Of a DNA stretch of 64,000 nt, positions 61,941-64,000 are shown piece after piece (position 1 is the stretch's first letter; each line of letters opens with the position of its first letter). The DNA comes from Candidatus Latescibacterota bacterium (GTDB lineage: Bacteria; Latescibacterota; UBA2968; UBA8231). A program made the translations under genes and the position numbers. The stretch is from NCBI GenBank assembly GCA_965208105.1, contig OZ242318.1, forward strand, positions 1,216,001 through 1,280,000, written 5' to 3'. The notes beneath the pieces were generated by a model. That model saw only the letters and a program-made list of their open reading frames with translations. It had not been told where the DNA came from and made no database searches.

Positions 61941-63023
61941 TTGGTCTACAATTTCTCCCCCGGACCCGCACTGCTGCCCCCCGGGGTCCTGCGGGAAGCG
62001 GCGGCGCAGCTGGTCGACTTCCGGGAAAGCGGCACATCCATCGTCGAGGTGAGCCACCGCAGCAGCAGCTACGAGGAAATGCACCGCGAAACCATGGTGC
62101 TGTTCCGGCGGATTTATGCGGTGCCCGACCATTTCGCCATTCTCCTCCTCCAGGGCGGTGCCTCGGCCCAGTTCGGCATGGTGCCGCTCAACCTGATTCG
62201 GCCGGGATCATCCGCCGACTACGTGCACACCGGACACTGGTCGGCGAAGGCCATCGAGGAAGTCCGCGTCCTTGGCAGGAACCACCGCATCGCCGCCAGC
62301 AGCGCGGACCGCAACTTCAGCTATATCCCATCCGGACCGGAGCTGAACCTGGACGGGAAGGCCGAGTACCTTCACATAACAACCAACAACACGGTCTACG
62401 GCACCCAGTACCCCTCCCTTCCCGACGGCGGCGGCGTCTGCCTGGTGGCGGACATGTCTTCGGATATTCTGTCGCGGCCCCTCGCCTGGGAGAATATCGG
62501 AATGGTATACGCCGGGGCCCAGAAGAACGCCGGAATCGCCGGTCTCACCCTGGTCATCCTGAGGCGGGACCTCCTGCAGCGCGAATGCCCCACTACACCC
62601 GCCATGCTGCGCTACTCGACCCACGTGAAATCCCATTCCCTCTACAATACACCGCCGGTTTTCGCGGTCTGCGTATTCAACCTCGTGCTTCACTGGATTG
62701 AAGAACAGGGAGGCCTGGCAGACATGGAGAGGCGCAATCGCCGCAAGGCGGAACTGATATACCATGTCCTGGACGGGCAGGGAGGGTTCTACCGTGGCCA
62801 CGCCGAGCTCCCCTGGCGCTCGCAGATGAACATTGCCTTCAATCTGCGGGACCGCGGTTTGGAGCCTGTTTTCTTGCGCGACGCCGAGGATGCAGGGCTG
62901 CGGGGTCTCGAGGGACACCGCGCCCTGGGGGGCGTCAGGGCCTCCGCGTACAACGCCATGAGCCGGGAGGGATGCAAGGCCCTGGCAGACTTCATGACCG
63001 ATTTCGCCAGGCGCTACGGGTGA
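61941..63023 (+). CDS. serC: Phosphoserine aminotransferase
   Basis: YNFSPGPA, LQGGAS.QF, TGHWS, DMSSD, AGAQKN, YNTPP and GHR..GG.RAS.YNA. Probable TTG start at 61941. Confidence 0.95.
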   Translation: MVYNFSPGPALLPPGVLREAAAQLVDFRESGTSIVEVSHRSSSYEEMHRETMVLFRRIYAVPDHFAILLLQGGASAQFGMVPLNLIRPGSSADYVHTGHWSAKAIEEVRVLGRNHRIAASSADRNFSYIPSGPELNLDGKAEYLHITTNNTVYGTQYPSLPDGGGVCLVADMSSDILSRPLAWENIGMVYAGAQKNAGIAGLTLVILRRDLLQRECPTTPAMLRYSTHVKSHSLYNTPPVFAVCVFNLVLHWIEEQGGLADMERRNRRKAELIYHVLDGQGGFYRGHAELPWRSQMNIAFNLRDRGLEPVFLRDAEDAGLRGLEGHRALGGVRASAYNAMSREGCKALADFMTDFARRYG

Positions 63024-63176
63024 GAAAGGGGCCCCTTACGCCCCATCGGGCAGCATTGCCTGCAAGCCTGGGGAGGTTGGGTGCAGACTGAACACGGCCC
63101 GCAGGGTCAATCCCGCCGGAAACCCCCTATTCTCGGGACAAATCGGGCCGGCGGTCCGAAAATACAGGCTGCAGAA

Positions 63177-64000
63177 ATGGTTCGCGACCTACTCGCCAGT
63201 AACCCCGACATCGAAAAATTCCGCAAACTCCTGCTGGACTGGTACCGGAGCAACAGGAGAGACCTGCCCTGGCGCGACAGCGGCGATCCCTATCACATCT
63301 GGGTATCGGAAATCATGCTGCAGCAGACGCGCGCTGACCAGATGGAGGCCTACTTCGACCGCTTTATCCGGACCTTTCCCACGGTGGGGGATCTGGCCTC
63401 CGCTTCCGAGGACCAGGTCCTCAAGGTCTGGGAGGGGTTGGGGTACTATGCTCGCGCGCGCAACATGCTCAAGGCCGCCCGGCGCCTGCTTGCCGAGCGC
63501 GGCGGACGCCTTCCCGACACCTACGACGAGCTTGTCGAGCTTCCCGGGATCGGACCGTACACCGCGGCTGCGGTAAGCAGTATCGCCTTCGACCGCGACC
63601 ATCCAGTGCTCGACGGCAACGTCACCCGCCTCCTGTGCAGGGTCCTTCGCCTCGAAGAGGACCCGCGCAAAGCTGCCGCCAGAGCAGGGCTGATCGCAGC
63701 CGGGGAACGGCTGCTGCCTCCGGGACAAGCCGGCGACTTCAATCAGGCCATGATGGAACTGGGATCGCGCCTGTGCACTCCCGCGCGTCCGAGGTGCGGG
63801 TCCTGCCCCCTCGGTTCACTATGCCGTGCCCGCGCCGAGCTGCAGGATCCCTCGGCGCTGCCGCGAAAGGCCGCGAAAAGGAAAAGGCCGCATTACCAGG
63901 TGACTGCCGGCCTCATCCACAGGGGGGACAAGCTGCTCATCGCCCGGCGGCCCGCCGAGGGCATGCTGGGCGGGCTGTGGGAATTCCCCGGGGGCAAGCA
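63177..64000 (+). CDS. mutY: A/G-specific adenine glycosylase with C-terminal NUDIX-like domain (partial)
   Basis: Absent from the ORF track (no stop in the window). Manual translation gives RDLPWR..DPYHIWVSEIMLQQT, WEGLGYYARARN, LPGIGPYTA, DGNV, FNQAMMELG..CTP.RP.C..CPL...C, then GGLWEFPGGK. Confidence 0.93.
   Translation, partial: MVRDLLASNPDIEKFRKLLLDWYRSNRRDLPWRDSGDPYHIWVSEIMLQQTRADQMEAYFDRFIRTFPTVGDLASASEDQVLKVWEGLGYYARARNMLKAARRLLAERGGRLPDTYDELVELPGIGPYTAAAVSSIAFDRDHPVLDGNVTRLLCRVLRLEEDPRKAAARAGLIAAGERLLPPGQAGDFNQAMMELGSRLCTPARPRCGSCPLGSLCRARAELQDPSALPRKAAKRKRPHYQVTAGLIHRGDKLLIARRPAEGMLGGLWEFPGGK

Overview
A GC-rich bacterial window with about 46 protein-coding genes. I found no rRNA, tRNA, CRISPR array, transposase or integrase. 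The gene content resembles Candidatus Latescibacterota/Poribacteria-type heterotrophs (inference only): FlgD/T9SS-type C-terminal sorting domains, FG-GAP/ASPIC-UnbV and TPR proteins, DUF6785-like membrane proteins, PhyH dioxygenases and many sugar-catabolic enzymes. Layout: (i) 1-8 kb, secreted, TPR and FG-GAP proteins; (ii) 8-24.7 kb, nucleoside hydrolase, two DUF6785-like membrane proteins, DUF3604, a divergent purM, a CTD-tagged secreted protein, a class III aminotransferase and a convergent SRAP plus AlkZ/YcaQ-like pair; (iii) 24.7-30.4 kb, two tandem ~900-980 aa putative outer-membrane beta-barrels with Asp-rich Ca-binding loops; (iv) 30.5-57.6 kb, a large, apparently cytoplasmic glycoside/uronate catabolic island; (v) 57.8-64 kb, pepA, a histidine phosphatase, a rhamnose mutarotase-like gene, serC and a partial mutY. 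Best leads: (1) three uncharacterised envelope families, each present twice, in a window with no conventional transporter, which may form an undescribed uptake system; (2) a shared stem-loop carrying a perfect AAAGGAGGUG in the leaders of both CTD-type paralogues; (3) two copies of a 160-bp palindromic MITE-like element; (4) a gene set matching oxidation/elimination/hydration glycoside cleavage. All family names come from motif recognition, not from database searches.
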